A stretch of 32,000 nucleotides of DNA from Candidatus Saccharimonadota bacterium (GCA_025349965.1 CP075337.1:180001-212000), one strand, 5' to 3'. Positions 15,612 through 23,599 are shown, counted from the first letter of the stretch. Notes: generated by a model not told the origin, from the sequence alone. Translations and numbers: made by a program.

Positions 15612-15657
15612 GAGCAGCAAGTTTGCTCGCTTTGATAAACGGGCTAACTTGCTACTC
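15612..15657 (-). promoter_or_regulatory. 12-bp hairpin in the long upstream region of the high-GC secreted-protein gene
   Basis: The minus strand reads GAGTAGCAAGTT-22 nt-AACTTGCTGCTC: 12 pairs including one G-U. It lies 100-145 nt upstream of the ATG at 15512. Confidence 0.35.
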
Positions 15658-15729
15658 CCGATCGGAGTAAAAAAGCTACTAAACTATTCTCCAGTGCGTG
15701 CTAAATATACTAAAAAGTAAGCACATTCA

Positions 15730-15758
15730 AGACATGCACTGTAATAATCTGATTTGTT
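15730..15758. repeat. right copy of the inverted repeat bracketing the high-GC gene
   Basis: The reverse complement reads AACAAATCAGATTATTACA--GTGCAtGTCT. Against the left copy, 28 of 29 aligned positions match, with one 2-nt indel. Confidence 0.75.
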
Positions 15759-15825
15759 AACGACCTCCTCACTCTAGCTGGCCTCACACCTGCTGGTGAG
15801 TGATGTTATTAATGTATCACAAAAA

Positions 15826-15834
15826 TGCTAAAAT
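15826..15834 (+). promoter_or_regulatory. extended -10-like box in the AT-rich island spacer
   Basis: TGcTAAAAT. No obvious gene or terminator lies directly downstream before the stronger promoter at 15962. Confidence 0.3.
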
Positions 15835-15961
15835 GTCAATCCTTTATACAATAATATACAAAAAGCACAAGCTTCATCGGGGGGCGCTAGTGAGTGGTTT
15901 TTTGGCGCTACGCTATATGTAGTAGTGTATAGTCTGCTGGTGAAGCAATTTTACAAAATAT

Positions 15962-15990
15962 TTGACTTAATACGTCAAACGGGGTATAGT
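15962..15990 (+). promoter_or_regulatory. strong sigma70-like promoter for the 130-aa high-GC gene
   Basis: TTGACT (15962-15967), 17 nt, then TATAGT (15985-15990). The -35 is part of the palindrome TTGACttaatacGTCAA. Confidence 0.6.
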
Positions 15991-16003
15991 GCAGGATAAG
16001 TGT

Positions 16004-16045
16004 GAACCGCATGGTGGCGGTTCGTTTGTTTTAACCGGAACAAAC
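16004..16045 (+). promoter_or_regulatory. terminator-like hairpin plus a U-tract-sequestering hairpin in the 5' leader (attenuator candidate)
   Basis: GAACCGC-atggtg-GCGGTTC is followed by GTTTGTTTT. GTTTGTT (16024-16030) can alternatively pair with AACAAAC (16039-16045). Confidence 0.35.
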
Positions 16046-16105
16046 TCCCATTTCCAAGGGGCACTTACCCAGGGACCGTCTGGGTATTGATAGATAGGAG
16101 AAGGC

Positions 16106-16498
16106 ATGTCCGTTTCGGGAATGCAGGCGTGGCTCAATGAGTCCGGCGTCGGCAACCAGATCTTCGCTGAGGTTGATTCCTCGGAGGAGGGCTCGAAGCT
16201 CACTCCCACGTGGAGGGAGCATCGCGAGCACTTCAACCGACTCATCGATGACAAGAAGAGTATCGGCGAGATCCTCGGCGAGAAGACCAAGGGCAACGAC
16301 CTCATGGCGCTCATGCTCGTGATGGTGCTGATCGAAGACCGTGGCGTGGCGATTTCCGGCATTCCGTCGGTCGTTCGTCGTCGCTGCGAGCTCATCAGGG
16401 GCTACCTGCTGCACACCGGTGATGGAGGCCGCGCGCTTCCGCTCCGTGGTGACACGCAGTCCATCACCGAACGCCGGCGCGAGCTGGTCAACGCCTAA
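16106..16498 (+). CDS. hypothetical 130-aa cytoplasmic protein (high-GC, foreign composition)
   Basis: An AGGAGAAGG SD sits directly upstream. 24 of the first 30 codons end in G or C, which supports this frame over the overlapping antisense ORFs. I recognise no family. Confidence 0.65.
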   Translation: MSVSGMQAWLNESGVGNQIFAEVDSSEEGSKLTPTWREHREHFNRLIDDKKSIGEILGEKTKGNDLMALMLVMVLIEDRGVAISGIPSVVRRRCELIRGYLLHTGDGGRALPLRGDTQSITERRRELVNA

Positions 16499-16563
16499 CG
16501 AGTCGAGAGACTCACGTACTTGTAACCGCAAGTACATCTGCCGTCTGGCGGCCTGGGATTTTT

Positions 16564-16591
16564 CCCGGGCCCCGGGCGGCTCTTTCTTTTT
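16564..16591 (+). terminator. weak terminator candidate after the 130-aa gene
   Basis: CCCGG-gcc-CCGGG is a short GC stem. It is followed at a distance by tctttcttttt. Confidence 0.3.
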
Positions 16592-16626
16592 AGGGGTGTT
16601 TACCTCTAGTCAAGAGCGCATCTTTA

Positions 16627-16635
16627 TGCTATACT
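16627..16635 (+). promoter_or_regulatory. extended -10 box upstream of tRNA-Glu
   Basis: TGcTATACT, 43 nt upstream of the tRNA 5' end. Confidence 0.4.
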
Positions 16636-16678
16636 CTTTCAGGTAAGCAATTATATTGTTTTGTTCCATTCTCTTGAT

Positions 16679-16753
16679 GGTCTCATCGTCTAACGGTTAG
16701 GACACCAGGTTTTCATCCTGGCAATCGGAGTTCGATTCTCCGTGAGATCACCA
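16679..16753 (+). tRNA. tRNA-Glu (anticodon TTC), CCA encoded
   Basis: Hand-folded cloverleaf. Acceptor ggtctca/tgagatc, anticodon stem ccagg/cctgg with loop ttTTCat, T arm cggag-ttcgatt-ctccg. Total 75 nt. Confidence 0.85.
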
Positions 16754-16854
16754 GTAGAATTGACCAAAACGGCTAAAGTCGAAGTTGAGTAGGATAATAC
16801 ATGGCTATTTAACTTTGCTCATGTACAGTAGTAAATAGAAAGGCAGATATCACT

Positions 16855-18267
16855 ATGGCAATTACATTCAAACGAACAAAAATCCTCGCGACACTTGGTC
16901 CATCAACAAGCACCCCTGAGATGGTCGAGGAACTCCTCGACGCCGGCGTAAATGGTGTTCGTCTTAATTTTAGTCATGGTGATCACGCTGAGCGCACCGA
17001 TCAAATTCAGTGGATTCGTGAAGCCAGCAAGAAGGTAGGAAAGCCAGTGGCAATTCTCCAAGACCTTCAGGGGCCAAAGATTCGTCTTGGCATGCTTAAT
17101 GATAAAGTTGAAGTAAAGACAGGTGATGAAATTATTCTTGATTATGCCGCGGAACACGACGGTCTGACGTTCCCTGTGCAATATAACCTTGCTGAAAAAG
17201 TGAAGGTGGGTGAGCCAATTTATATCTTTGATGGTAAAGTGCGCACAACAGTTGTTGAAATCACCTCTGATACCGCTATCAAGCTTCGCGTTGAAAATAA
17301 TGGCGTACTTATGAGCAAGAAGGGGATTAACCTTCCGGATACTGACTTTGCCGGTGATATCCTTACCCCTAAGGATATGGCAGATATCGAGTATGGTCTT
17401 ACGCAAGATATTGATTACGTTGCATTGAGCTTTGTGCAGAGTCCGGAAGACATTCACAACCTTCGGCAAATTCTTGTCGCTGGTGGCTCAAAGGCACAGA
17501 TTGTCGCAAAGATTGAAACAAAGGCGGCCATTAAGGATGATGTACTTGAAGAAATCGTTAAGGCAACAGATGGTATTATGGTGGCACGTGGCGACCTTGC
17601 AGTAGAGGCGGGTGCAGAAATTGTGCCGATTGTGCAACGTCGGTTGATTGCGCTTTGTCGCAAGCACGGTAAATTGAGCATCGTTGCTACGCAAATGATG
17701 GCAAGCATGGTCGAGAGTCCAGAGCCAACTCGTGCTGAGGTAGGTGACGTTGCGAATGCTGTTATTCAAGGCGCAGATGCCGTTATGCTTTCAGACGAGA
17801 CAGCTAATGGTGAGTATCCACTTGAGACCGTTGCAGCAATGAAGAAGGTGATTCTTTACACTCAGGATAACGCCCCCGTAAGTACTATCGAGGACACTGT
17901 AACTGAAGATCATCAGCTCGACGCTATTAGTGTTGCGGCCGTATCTCTTGCGGAGCAACTTAATGTAGATGTTATTATTGCCGAAACACTCTCGGGCCGT
18001 ACTGCGGCAACAATTGCTGCAAATCGTCCGAATCTCCCAATTATTAGCGTAACGAGTTCCGAAAAGACAGCGCAGCAACTCGGTCTTAGCTATGCTAACC
18101 GTAGTTACGTTCGTCCGGATTCTCCAGATGCCGGTATCGATCTTTTCAAAGAGTTAAAAGAGACTGGCTTCTTCGGCGAAGGTCGCAACACAGTTATTAT
18201 CGTGAGCGGGCAAGAGCCTGGTGTGGAAGGAACTACTGACACGATTAAAGTTCGCGTGCTAGAATAA
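16855..18267 (+). CDS. pyk: pyruvate kinase
   Basis: 470 aa with the motifs KILATLGPS, RLNFSHGDH, MVARGDLAVE and MLSDETANG. Confidence 0.9.
   Translation: MAITFKRTKILATLGPSTSTPEMVEELLDAGVNGVRLNFSHGDHAERTDQIQWIREASKKVGKPVAILQDLQGPKIRLGMLNDKVEVKTGDEIILDYAAEHDGLTFPVQYNLAEKVKVGEPIYIFDGKVRTTVVEITSDTAIKLRVENNGVLMSKKGINLPDTDFAGDILTPKDMADIEYGLTQDIDYVALSFVQSPEDIHNLRQILVAGGSKAQIVAKIETKAAIKDDVLEEIVKATDGIMVARGDLAVEAGAEIVPIVQRRLIALCRKHGKLSIVATQMMASMVESPEPTRAEVGDVANAVIQGADAVMLSDETANGEYPLETVAAMKKVILYTQDNAPVSTIEDTVTEDHQLDAISVAAVSLAEQLNVDVIIAETLSGRTAATIAANRPNLPIISVTSSEKTAQQLGLSYANRSYVRPDSPDAGIDLFKELKETGFFGEGRNTVIIVSGQEPGVEGTTDTIKVRVLE
18257..18265 (+). promoter_or_regulatory. extended -10 box overlapping the pyk stop codon (possible internal promoter for pgk)
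   Basis: TGcTAGAAT, whose final T is the first base of the pyk TAA stop. Confidence 0.35.
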
Positions 18268-18288
18268 AATAAAGCATAAACAACTAAC

Positions 18289-19530
18289 ATGAAACGGGTG
18301 GGTATGGGTTTTCATAAGCGAACAATTAAAAATGTCCCTCTGGACAATAAAACCATCTTAGTGAGGGTTGATTATAACGTGCCACTTAACAAAGACGGCA
18401 CCATAAGGAATGATCTTCGCATAAGGGCGAGCCTCCCTACTATTCGCTACCTTCTTCGTCACGGTTGCAAAGTGGTACTCATGAGCCATCTTGGTCGACC
18501 GGACGGCAAGCGGGATCAAAAGTATACGCTTGAGGCGGTTGCTGAGCATCTTGGGTCGCTCTTGAAAAAACCCGTAGTGTTTGTTGACGACTGTATCGGC
18601 GATAAGGTTAAACAGGCCGTTAAGCGCGCCCCAAAATCTTCAGTCGTGCTTCTTGAGAATGTCCGATTCTACCCAGAAGAAGAAAAAAATAGCCCTGCAT
18701 TTGCCAAAAAGATTGCCGATGCTACTGGTGCTCGGTACTTTGTGCAAGATGCTTTCGGCGCAGTTCATAGGGCGCATGCGAGCACAGATGCGATTGAGCA
18801 GTTCGTTCCAGGTGTAGCGGGACTCCTTGTGCAGCGTGAATATAACCGCATCACAGGTGCAATGGAGCGCCCTAAGCGGCCACTTGTAGCGGTAATTGGT
18901 GGTGCAAAAGTGAGCGATAAGGTTGCGCTAATCGAGCGGTTCGTTGAAAAGGCGGACAAGATTCTTATTGGGGGCGCGATGGCTAATACTTTCCTGAGCT
19001 ACAAGGGTTATTCTATGCAAAAAAGCCTCGTTGAGCCTGATCAAAAAGAAGTTATCGACGCAATTTATGCCGCGGCGCGTACGAAAGTAGGTGAAGGTGG
19101 GGATGTTGATGATTTCATTATTCTTCCTACGGACCTTGCAGTTGCAGTTGAACCAAGTGATGCTGCCGAGCGAAAGGAAGTCGCCATTGATGCAATTCCC
19201 GAAGGATATGCTGCTTTTGATATAGGTGCACGCTCGATTGACCGTATCGTTCGAGAGGTGCAGGGTGTTGGGACAGTTATCTGGAACGGAACACTCGGAT
19301 TCGCAGAGGTGCACAATTTTGCACATGGTTCTGCGCGTCTTGCGCTCGCACTTGCGACACAACCCGACGTCGTATCAATTATTGGCGGTGGTGATACGGC
19401 TGATTTTGTGTTGTCCTGGAGTGGCGATGAGGGTAAGGCCTTTACGCACATTTCAACGGGTGGCGGCGCATCACTTGAGCTCATGGCGGGTGAAGAACTA
19501 CCAGGTATAGAGTGTTTGCTTGACGCATAA
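18289..19530 (+). CDS. pgk: phosphoglycerate kinase
   Basis: 413 aa with the motifs RVDYNVPL, IGGAKVSDK and IIGGGDTA. The alternative start ATG at 18304 (MGFHKRT...) cannot be excluded. Confidence 0.9.
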   Translation: MKRVGMGFHKRTIKNVPLDNKTILVRVDYNVPLNKDGTIRNDLRIRASLPTIRYLLRHGCKVVLMSHLGRPDGKRDQKYTLEAVAEHLGSLLKKPVVFVDDCIGDKVKQAVKRAPKSSVVLLENVRFYPEEEKNSPAFAKKIADATGARYFVQDAFGAVHRAHASTDAIEQFVPGVAGLLVQREYNRITGAMERPKRPLVAVIGGAKVSDKVALIERFVEKADKILIGGAMANTFLSYKGYSMQKSLVEPDQKEVIDAIYAAARTKVGEGGDVDDFIILPTDLAVAVEPSDAAERKEVAIDAIPEGYAAFDIGARSIDRIVREVQGVGTVIWNGTLGFAEVHNFAHGSARLALALATQPDVVSIIGGGDTADFVLSWSGDEGKAFTHISTGGGASLELMAGEELPGIECLLDA

Positions 19531-19567
19531 AGATAAGGTACACTAAAAAACAAGTAACATAAGCATT

Positions 19568-20347
19568 ATGGCAAAAGATAAGAAACTCATTATTGGCAAC
19601 TGGAAGATGAACCTCAGCGTTCATGATGCAAGTTTGTATTTGCATACTCTCTCCGAACGCGTAAAGTCACATCGGTCGGTTGAGGTTGTTATTGCTCCGA
19701 CGACGTTGGCGCTCCAGACGCTTAGTCTTCAGGTAAATCTTCGACAATTCAAGCTTTCGGCGCAAAATTTCTATTGGCGTGATAGTGGCGCATATACGGG
19801 CGAGGTTTCCGCAACGCAGCTTCGCGGCATTGTAAGCTATGGGCTTGTGGGACACTCAGAGCGCCGATATGTTTTTCATGATACAGACAAAGACATTCGT
19901 TATAAGGTGCAGGCAGCGATCCGAAATGGCATGCGTCCAGTGCTCTGTATTGGCGAAACCGCCGGTGAGCGCGCAATGGGTGAAACGTTTGACGTTCTCC
20001 ATGACCAGTTGCTCACGGGTCTCGCAAATGTCACGAGTGATGAGCTTGATCAGGTCGTTATTGCTTACGAGCCGGTATGGGCGATTGGTACGGGTGATAA
20101 TGCACTTCCCGGTGATGTAACGCAGGCAGTTACTGCAATTCGCCGTCAGTTGAAGCACCTTTACGGCGCGAAGGTTGCCGACGATGTCCAGGTTCTCTAT
20201 GGTGGAAGCGTGACCGCAAGTAGTGCGGCCGACTATCTTGCTATAGAGGGTGTTGACGGACTTCTGGTAGGCGGTGCAAGTCTTAAGGCTGATGAATTCT
20301 CAACAATTATTGAAAAGGCTTTTGAAAGTACGAAGAAAAAGGCATAG
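19568..20347 (+). CDS. tpiA: triosephosphate isomerase
   Basis: 259 aa with the motifs GNWKMN, GHSERR, AYEPVWAIGTG and YGGSV. Confidence 0.9.
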   Translation: MAKDKKLIIGNWKMNLSVHDASLYLHTLSERVKSHRSVEVVIAPTTLALQTLSLQVNLRQFKLSAQNFYWRDSGAYTGEVSATQLRGIVSYGLVGHSERRYVFHDTDKDIRYKVQAAIRNGMRPVLCIGETAGERAMGETFDVLHDQLLTGLANVTSDELDQVVIAYEPVWAIGTGDNALPGDVTQAVTAIRRQLKHLYGAKVADDVQVLYGGSVTASSAADYLAIEGVDGLLVGGASLKADEFSTIIEKAFESTKKKA

Positions 20348-21448
20348 GTGGGCATGAAAGATTTTGATTTTGACGAACTAGACAGAGCAGTTTCGAGCGT
20401 ACTTGATGCCAAGGCTAATGCTGGAGATCGACACGTCTCGTCCAGTGTTGAGCCACAGCACACGGAGCGTGCAGAGCCTTCTTTGGAGATTCCCGAGCGT
20501 CAATCCGTAGAAAAGGATATTGCTCCGGCGCGCTCAATTACACCCCCTCGTCCACGAACAGGGCGGTTTATGGATGTTGTGCATCCTTCCGCTGCGGTGC
20601 GACCTATCCCTCAGGCTGAAGCAGTAGCTCCGGTTGAAATACCAGCGTCTCCTGCTCCAGAAGTTCCGACGGCCAGTCCTCGTCGAGAAGTCCCAATGAA
20701 TGATATTTCGATGGTTCCGAGAAGCGAAATGGCCCCTCCTGTAGTGCAGGATACATCTTCTGAAGAAGTTGAATCTGAAGAGGCGAGTAATGATTGGCCG
20801 ATGGCGCCCGAGTCGCCCTTCTTGCCTGACGCTAAAGTTGAAAAGCGTCCACTTGGTGAAAGCCGGCCAACCGGCGCACCTACTCGAGTAGAAGATACTG
20901 TGAGTGACACAGCTCCTAACGATGCACTCATGCAAGATATTAATGCGCTTCTATCTGGAGAAGCGGACGACACTGTTGCGGCGACAGCTAAAGAGACCGA
21001 AGAAGACTTGGTCGTCGATGCTACACCGGAGGATATCCCTGCACCCGAGGAGACTCAGACTGGGGTGCAGGAAGACGAAGCTATAGAGTCAAGCTCCGCT
21101 ATGACAGATATTGAAGCTGAGGCGGTGCCCGAGTTTGATGTTGTTGTAGAATCATCTGAAGTAAGACAAGAAGAGTCCGTGTCTATGCCGGAGACTCCAA
21201 AGGGTACAGCCTCCGAAGAAGCTGCGTTTAGCGGTCCTGTTGCAATCACCCCGCAGTACACCTCGAAGCCAAGCTCAAACCAGCAATCTGGCGAAATCTA
21301 TGACACAGAATCATACCATCAGCCAATCGCAGCCCCTGCAAAGAAGAAGGGCGGGCCACTGAAGCTCATCCTTATTATTTTGCTCGTTATCGTGCTTGGC
21401 CTTGGCATTGGCGCGGTAGGGTATTTCTACATCCTTCCAATGCTCTAG
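20348..21448 (+). CDS. acidic, Pro/Glu/Ser-rich low-complexity protein with a single C-terminal transmembrane helix
   Basis: 366-aa ORF that starts at GTG 20348 or ATG 20354, directly after the tpiA stop. The only hydrophobic segment is C-terminal: LKLILIILLVIVLGLGIGAVGYFYILPML. Confidence 0.6.
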   Translation: MGMKDFDFDELDRAVSSVLDAKANAGDRHVSSSVEPQHTERAEPSLEIPERQSVEKDIAPARSITPPRPRTGRFMDVVHPSAAVRPIPQAEAVAPVEIPASPAPEVPTASPRREVPMNDISMVPRSEMAPPVVQDTSSEEVESEEASNDWPMAPESPFLPDAKVEKRPLGESRPTGAPTRVEDTVSDTAPNDALMQDINALLSGEADDTVAATAKETEEDLVVDATPEDIPAPEETQTGVQEDEAIESSSAMTDIEAEAVPEFDVVVESSEVRQEESVSMPETPKGTASEEAAFSGPVAITPQYTSKPSSNQQSGEIYDTESYHQPIAAPAKKKGGPLKLILIILLVIVLGLGIGAVGYFYILPML

Positions 21449-21449
21449 A

Positions 21450-21458
21450 TGATATACT
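21450..21458 (+). promoter_or_regulatory. extended -10 box for pcrA
   Basis: TGaTATACT, followed by 8 nt and then the ATG at 21467. Confidence 0.4.
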
Positions 21459-21466
21459 AGTAAGAG

Positions 21467-23578
21467 ATGAATTTACTTGAGGAACTAAATGAGGCGCAAC
21501 AAGAAGCAGCCCTAACAACAACGGGGCCGCTTTTAATTTTAGCCGGTGCGGGGAGTGGTAAAACGAAGACGTTGACGCACCGTATTGCGCGGCTGATTGC
21601 CGAAGAAAACGTGTATCCGAGCCAAATTTTGGCGGTGACATTTACAAATAAAGCGGCGAAGGAAATGCGCGAACGTCTGGCGAGTCTTGTTGGCCAGCCG
21701 AACGCACGAAATTTCATGCCGTGGATGGGAACGTTTCACAGTGTTTGCGTGCGTCTTTTGCGCATGGATGGCGCGGCGGTGAATGTTCCAAAGAACTTTG
21801 TTATCTATGATGAGGATGACCGACAGGGGTTGATTAAGCAGATCGTTAAAAGCCACGGTCTTACCGACAAAGATTTAAAGGCTTCAGCGGTAAGTTCTGC
21901 AATTTCTAATGCTAAAAATGCCCTCCAAGACCCAGAAGAGTACGCAGCATCTGCACAGTATCCCTTCTTCAAGAACATCGCGAAGATTTATACAGAATAT
22001 GAAGTTCGCCGTAAGAAGGCACATGCGCTTGATTTTGACGATCTACTGATTGATGCGGTTCGTTTACTTCGTGACGCCCCTGAAGTCCGTGAGAAATGGC
22101 GCACACATTTCAAGCACATCTTGATTGATGAGTATCAGGACACAAACGCCGCGCAGTATCATATTGTGAAGTTGCTTGTGAATGAAGACCGCAATATCTG
22201 TGTAGTGGGTGATGACTGGCAGTCTATCTATAGTTGGCGTGGCGCAGATTTTACAAACATTCTAAACTTTGAGAGAGATTTTCCAGGTGCAAAGGTAGTA
22301 AAGCTTGAGCAAAACTACCGAAGTACTGGAAGTATTCTTGACGCCGCTAATGAAGTCATCGCGAAAAATAAGCAGCGGACTGACAAGAAATTATGGACAG
22401 CTTCTGGCGCGGGCTTGCCGGTGCAGGTGCACGGTACAGATAGCGACATGGAAGAGGCACGGTATGTAGCTGAGCGCATTTCTACCCACGTTACAATGCA
22501 AGCGCGTCGCTATAATGATTTTGCCGTACTGTACCGAACAAACGCACAAAGCTCTACGCTTGAGCGTGCCTTTTTGCAGATGCGGATTCCCTACCAAATT
22601 GTTGGTGGTGTGCGTTTCTACGACCGTAAAGTGATCAAGGATGTGGTAGCGTATTTAAAACTACTTTACCAGCCATTTGACCGCATGAGCTTTAGTAGAA
22701 TTGCCAACGTTCCGACTCGTGGCGTCGGTGCAACCAGCCTTGAGCGATTCCTTACGTGGCAAGCGGAAGGTGATCTCGATATTATTACCGCGATGGAGCG
22801 CATGGGTGGTGAAACGGTTGTTTCTGGTAAGGCGAAAATGGCCTTGGCTCGTCTTGGTGGTTCATTGCAACGAATCCGCGAGCGGATCGATACTGCATCT
22901 CCAGTAGAGATTATCGAAGAGGTACTTGCAGTAACGGGGTATAGTGATTTTATAAAAGACGGTTCACCGCAGGCGGAAGATAATGAAGAAAATCTCGGCT
23001 CATTGATCTCTGATGCGCAGAGCTTCGTGGCGCTGCCTGATTTCCTCGAAGAAGTAGCCCTGATGTCGAGTGCAGACTCGACGGTTGGTGATGATGTCGT
23101 GACGCTCATGACACTTCATGCCGCCAAAGGCCTCGAATTCCCCGTTGTCTTTATGGTAGGTCTTGAAGAGGGGGTATTGCCGCATTCGCGTGTATTTGAC
23201 TCTGACCCCTCCGAACTCGAAGAGGAGCGGCGACTTTGCTATGTTGGCATGACTCGTGCACGTGAAGAGCTTCATATGAGCTATGCGTATAGCCGTTTGC
23301 AGTTTGGCCAGTGGAGCTATAATCCGCCGTCACGATTTATTACTGATATGGGTAATCAAGTGGCTATCACGAATCCTGAGCCGCAAATTATGGGCTACAA
23401 GGAAGAGGTTTCCTTTTATAGTGATGATATTGGCTTTGAAGTGGGCGATAGAGTGCGTTCATCTGCCTTTGGTGACGGTGAGATTATTGATATTGAGGGC
23501 ATGGCGGTGACTATTGCTTTCTTGAGTGGACAGACGAAGCGGCTGAATATTGAATACGCCCAACTAACGAAGTTGTAA
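21467..23578 (+). CDS. pcrA: ATP-dependent DNA helicase PcrA/UvrD family
   Basis: 703 aa with the motifs GAGSGKTKT (Walker A), DEYQDTN, QNYRS, TLHAAKGLEFPVVF and YVGMTRARE. Confidence 0.9.
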   Translation: MNLLEELNEAQQEAALTTTGPLLILAGAGSGKTKTLTHRIARLIAEENVYPSQILAVTFTNKAAKEMRERLASLVGQPNARNFMPWMGTFHSVCVRLLRMDGAAVNVPKNFVIYDEDDRQGLIKQIVKSHGLTDKDLKASAVSSAISNAKNALQDPEEYAASAQYPFFKNIAKIYTEYEVRRKKAHALDFDDLLIDAVRLLRDAPEVREKWRTHFKHILIDEYQDTNAAQYHIVKLLVNEDRNICVVGDDWQSIYSWRGADFTNILNFERDFPGAKVVKLEQNYRSTGSILDAANEVIAKNKQRTDKKLWTASGAGLPVQVHGTDSDMEEARYVAERISTHVTMQARRYNDFAVLYRTNAQSSTLERAFLQMRIPYQIVGGVRFYDRKVIKDVVAYLKLLYQPFDRMSFSRIANVPTRGVGATSLERFLTWQAEGDLDIITAMERMGGETVVSGKAKMALARLGGSLQRIRERIDTASPVEIIEEVLAVTGYSDFIKDGSPQAEDNEENLGSLISDAQSFVALPDFLEEVALMSSADSTVGDDVVTLMTLHAAKGLEFPVVFMVGLEEGVLPHSRVFDSDPSELEEERRLCYVGMTRAREELHMSYAYSRLQFGQWSYNPPSRFITDMGNQVAITNPEPQIMGYKEEVSFYSDDIGFEVGDRVRSSAFGDGEIIDIEGMAVTIAFLSGQTKRLNIEYAQLTKL

Positions 23579-23599
23579 ATTGGTGTGAGTCTGAAAAAA

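Noticed and set aside
15812-15922. A 36-aa small ORF (MYHKNAKMSILYTIIYKKHKLHRGALVSGFLALRYM) in the AT-rich island spacer.
   Set aside because: It has no SD and no leaderless-type promoter spacing. The AT-rich composition and length are within chance expectation. It could be revisited if ribosome profiling shows occupancy.
15967-16646. Antisense and alternative-frame ORFs over the 130-aa gene: 15967-16395 (-), 16031-16537 (-), 16137-16322 (+), 16341-16646 (+).
   Set aside because: This is the same GC artefact. The 16106-16498 frame has the AGGAG SD, a promoter and 24/30 G/C third positions. The 168-aa antisense ORF would run into the promoter and leader with no start signals.
16600-16760. A classical tRNA-targeted integrative island at tRNA-Glu.
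   Set aside because: The island lies on the 5' side of the tRNA rather than the 3' side. I found no direct repeat of the tRNA 3' end at the far boundary, and no integrase gene is present. The adjacency is noted but not called as an integration site.
16903-17469. A 188-aa antisense ORF inside pyk, with similar antisense ORFs inside folD (7705-8178), pgk (18928-19553), pcrA (22666-23109), pncB and pncA.
   Set aside because: The sense-strand genes carry unmistakable catalytic motifs along their full length. The antisense ORFs lack start signals and have skewed, low-complexity composition.
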